Source of the DNA: Leptogorgia sarmentosa
Taxonomy: Eukaryota
NCBI GenBank assembly: GCA_964658305.1
Contig: OZ210885.1
Coordinates: 8,060,001-8,124,000, forward strand
Direction of reading: 5' to 3'
Length of the DNA: 64,000 nucleotides
Under the pieces are notes generated by a model. It did not search any database, was not told the origin of the DNA, and saw nothing but the letters and a program-made list of their open reading frames with translations. Numbering within the stretch: position 1 is the first letter of the stretch; each line of letters opens with the position of its first letter. The position numbers were made by a program, and so were the translations under genes. This document shows positions 61,637-64,000 of this stretch, in pieces.

Positions 61637-64000
61637 GTAAGCATCTTAAACACAAATCAAACAAGGATATCAAAATGTTGTTCAGAATAGGTAAACGAAA
61701 ATTTGAATATACGTTTTCTCGACTTCCGCTCTGCTTAAAAGTTAGTATTGAAGTGCGCGAGTTTCGATAAGAAATAAGATTTTGCTGACGTGTACGGATT
61801 TAACGGTTCTGAAGGAACGCCAGCAACGATGCCATTGGAGAAAAAATTAAATCCTTTTCATATTATGTTTGTCAAAAAACTCCGCAAATGATCATACTTT
61901 CGGAAATATGTTACCCCCCGGTACCAAATTGAATATTTGAATACTTTTATTAAATTAAAATAATTATTTTTTCTTCAAATAAAAATACTTGAAAGTACGT
62001 TCACAAAATGTTTGTTCTACGTTGCAAATTCAGCGGCGTAAATCTTCAGTGTCGGCCCTCAGTTGAACTGTTGTGGATGGCCTCTTAATTATACCTCTTA
62101 GCTTCACATTTTTACTATGCCAACTCTACGAAATATTCTCCTGAATTCTGCATATGATATGGATATTAATTGTGCTATTTCTTATCGAACATATTATAGC
62201 TATTTAACATCTCTTCTGCTTCAATTATACCCTGGCAAAAACGTTCCGTAAAAAGAAGCACACTAAAATAAGTTCCTATAAAGCAGAAACAATGACAACA
62301 GTAAAAGTTTGACTGTAATATACAACTATTAATATACATCCAAGCACAATTTAAAAGGCAACAAAATTGTTTCAGCTAGCTACTGAATGATATCAAACAT
62401 TTCGTTAACTTCGAACTTTTTCGCATCTTCAGTTTCAATAAAAATTATTTGAATTTCACATTAGCCACGGCCCTGAAGAAACCTCTTCCAAGGGCCCCCA
62501 GCCAGGTTGGGCCCCTAGTAGTTACGCCACTGTGTACATCGCTATTTACTACAAAAATTGGCTTCACATTTTAATACAAGAACGTTTATGAAGCGGATTG
62601 ATGCATATCGTTTCAGTTCTTGGGTTTCACGTAACGTTCCATATTTGAGTGGGAGTACACTCTAAATAGCGACGCAGTCATCACAGTGAGTTAAATATTC
62701 ACTGTATGTATTCAACTTGTGCTTCGTAGCGAATATGTGAAATTCAGAAGCATTTCGTCAGATTCGTGCAGCATAATCGTTAATACATTTTAGAAAAATG
62801 TATTACTTACGAAAAGTACTCTTTCTCTCCTACTCTCTCTCCCTGGGGGGGGGGAGATAAAATAAAAATAACACATGTTTCATGACTATGTGGCTTCAAG
62901 GAGAAATAAGGACATGGAATTCAACATATTGGACTCTGTTTTTCTCACTGATAGATGCTAATATGCCATACGTTTTCCACGATCAATCTTTATTTTTTTT
63001 GTACGTTGTGTTTTAACTACCATGCAACCCACCGTTCGAAAGTTCAGTTTATTAGGATTTCAATGGTTTTGTCTTTATTTCGTGCGGTATATACTCAGTG
63101 AAAAAAAAGATTTATAAAAATTTGTATTTCAACTTTCGGAAACGTGTTGGAGAGAAAGAGAGCTCGTTTGTAATCCGTCGTACATTTCAACCATTTTATC
63201 TGAACTCGTACCTGTAACCTGTTGTACTGTACAACAGGTTACAACTTGTATATAATCGACTACATTTGAAAACAAAGTATATTTTCATTATTTTGAAGCG
63301 AAGCCCACTGGCATACATGGCCCTTGCTTCACGGTTCTAACTTTCGCGATCTGTAACCAAGTTTTACCAACAGTACCACTGGTATGGATGCCCTGTACAA
63401 TGCATACAATTTGACCACAATGTGGCTATGGTATAGGGTGGGTTTATGAAATTTACAAACGGCATCGTATCGTGTGATTGGACCATGTTCACTAAATTCT
63501 TTTTGTGTTCTATGCCAGAAATAGCGGTTTTACAACGTAGCTGTAGTAAAATGATTTCCTGGGAAAACCAGATACCAGTGCCGCATTAACTTTTTCTGGG
63601 CCCCTGGGCACTTGGTGAGTATGGGCCCCCTCTGTCTTCTATGTCATGGTCATTGGATTTTTTGTAGGTGCGAATTGTGAGACTGATTGCCTGCCTCGGC
63701 ATTGTTTCAAAAATTTTTTCATATGTTAATTATGGTCGCCATGTTGGATTTAAGTTTTTAGCCGTGATTGCGTGAGGAGGCTTATGGAACTTCAGTTGAG
63801 TGATTTGAGAGATTTTACATAATGATCACAACGAGACTGAGATAATAAGATTAATCGTTAGTGAACTTTTATTGAACTCAAAGACAACTTTAAGAAGTTA
63901 CAAAATACATATACTTCATTCACAATAACAAGTTGAAGGACTGCATGTATCTGTTCTATTTATTGTTCGTGACTTGCAAGTGGCAAATCAGCAGTTTTTA

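Noticed and set aside
62466..63660. hAT-like ends at ~62466-62532 and ~63576-63630 (also ~41018-41084)
   Set aside because: Single ends with no partner TIR or TSD identified in the window

Overview
Repeat-rich eukaryotic (animal) genomic DNA. Its gene and transposon content suggests a cnidarian, possibly an octocoral, but that is inference. 0-17 kb holds two broken minus-strand copies of a Hook-family gene, a hAT-interrupted HECT (G2E3-like) remnant, a vertnin-like OTU fragment, a cluster of 8 tRNA genes/pseudogenes and a 5'-truncated LINE. 17-31 kb is a nest of mobile elements: a CryptonA tyrosine-recombinase element inside a LINE, a Gypsy element, and a Penelope element with a hammerhead ribozyme. 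Within this nest lies the most unusual gene: an intronless fusion of a TPT/SLC35E-family (PEP/sugar-phosphate) transporter, a degenerate GT32-like segment and a polysaccharide pyruvyl transferase. This copy is disrupted by a stop, a poly-G frameshift and the Gypsy insertion. 31-41 kb has a decayed ParB-like gene, tandem repeats and MITEs. From 41.5 kb to the end is an apparently intact 8+ exon STAND gene (HEPN RxxxxH - heptad coiled coil - NB-ARC - WD40, APAF1-like). Its introns carry Helitron, foldback, hAT, Crypton, PIF and Kolobok elements. All calls come from reading motifs by eye; no searches were run.
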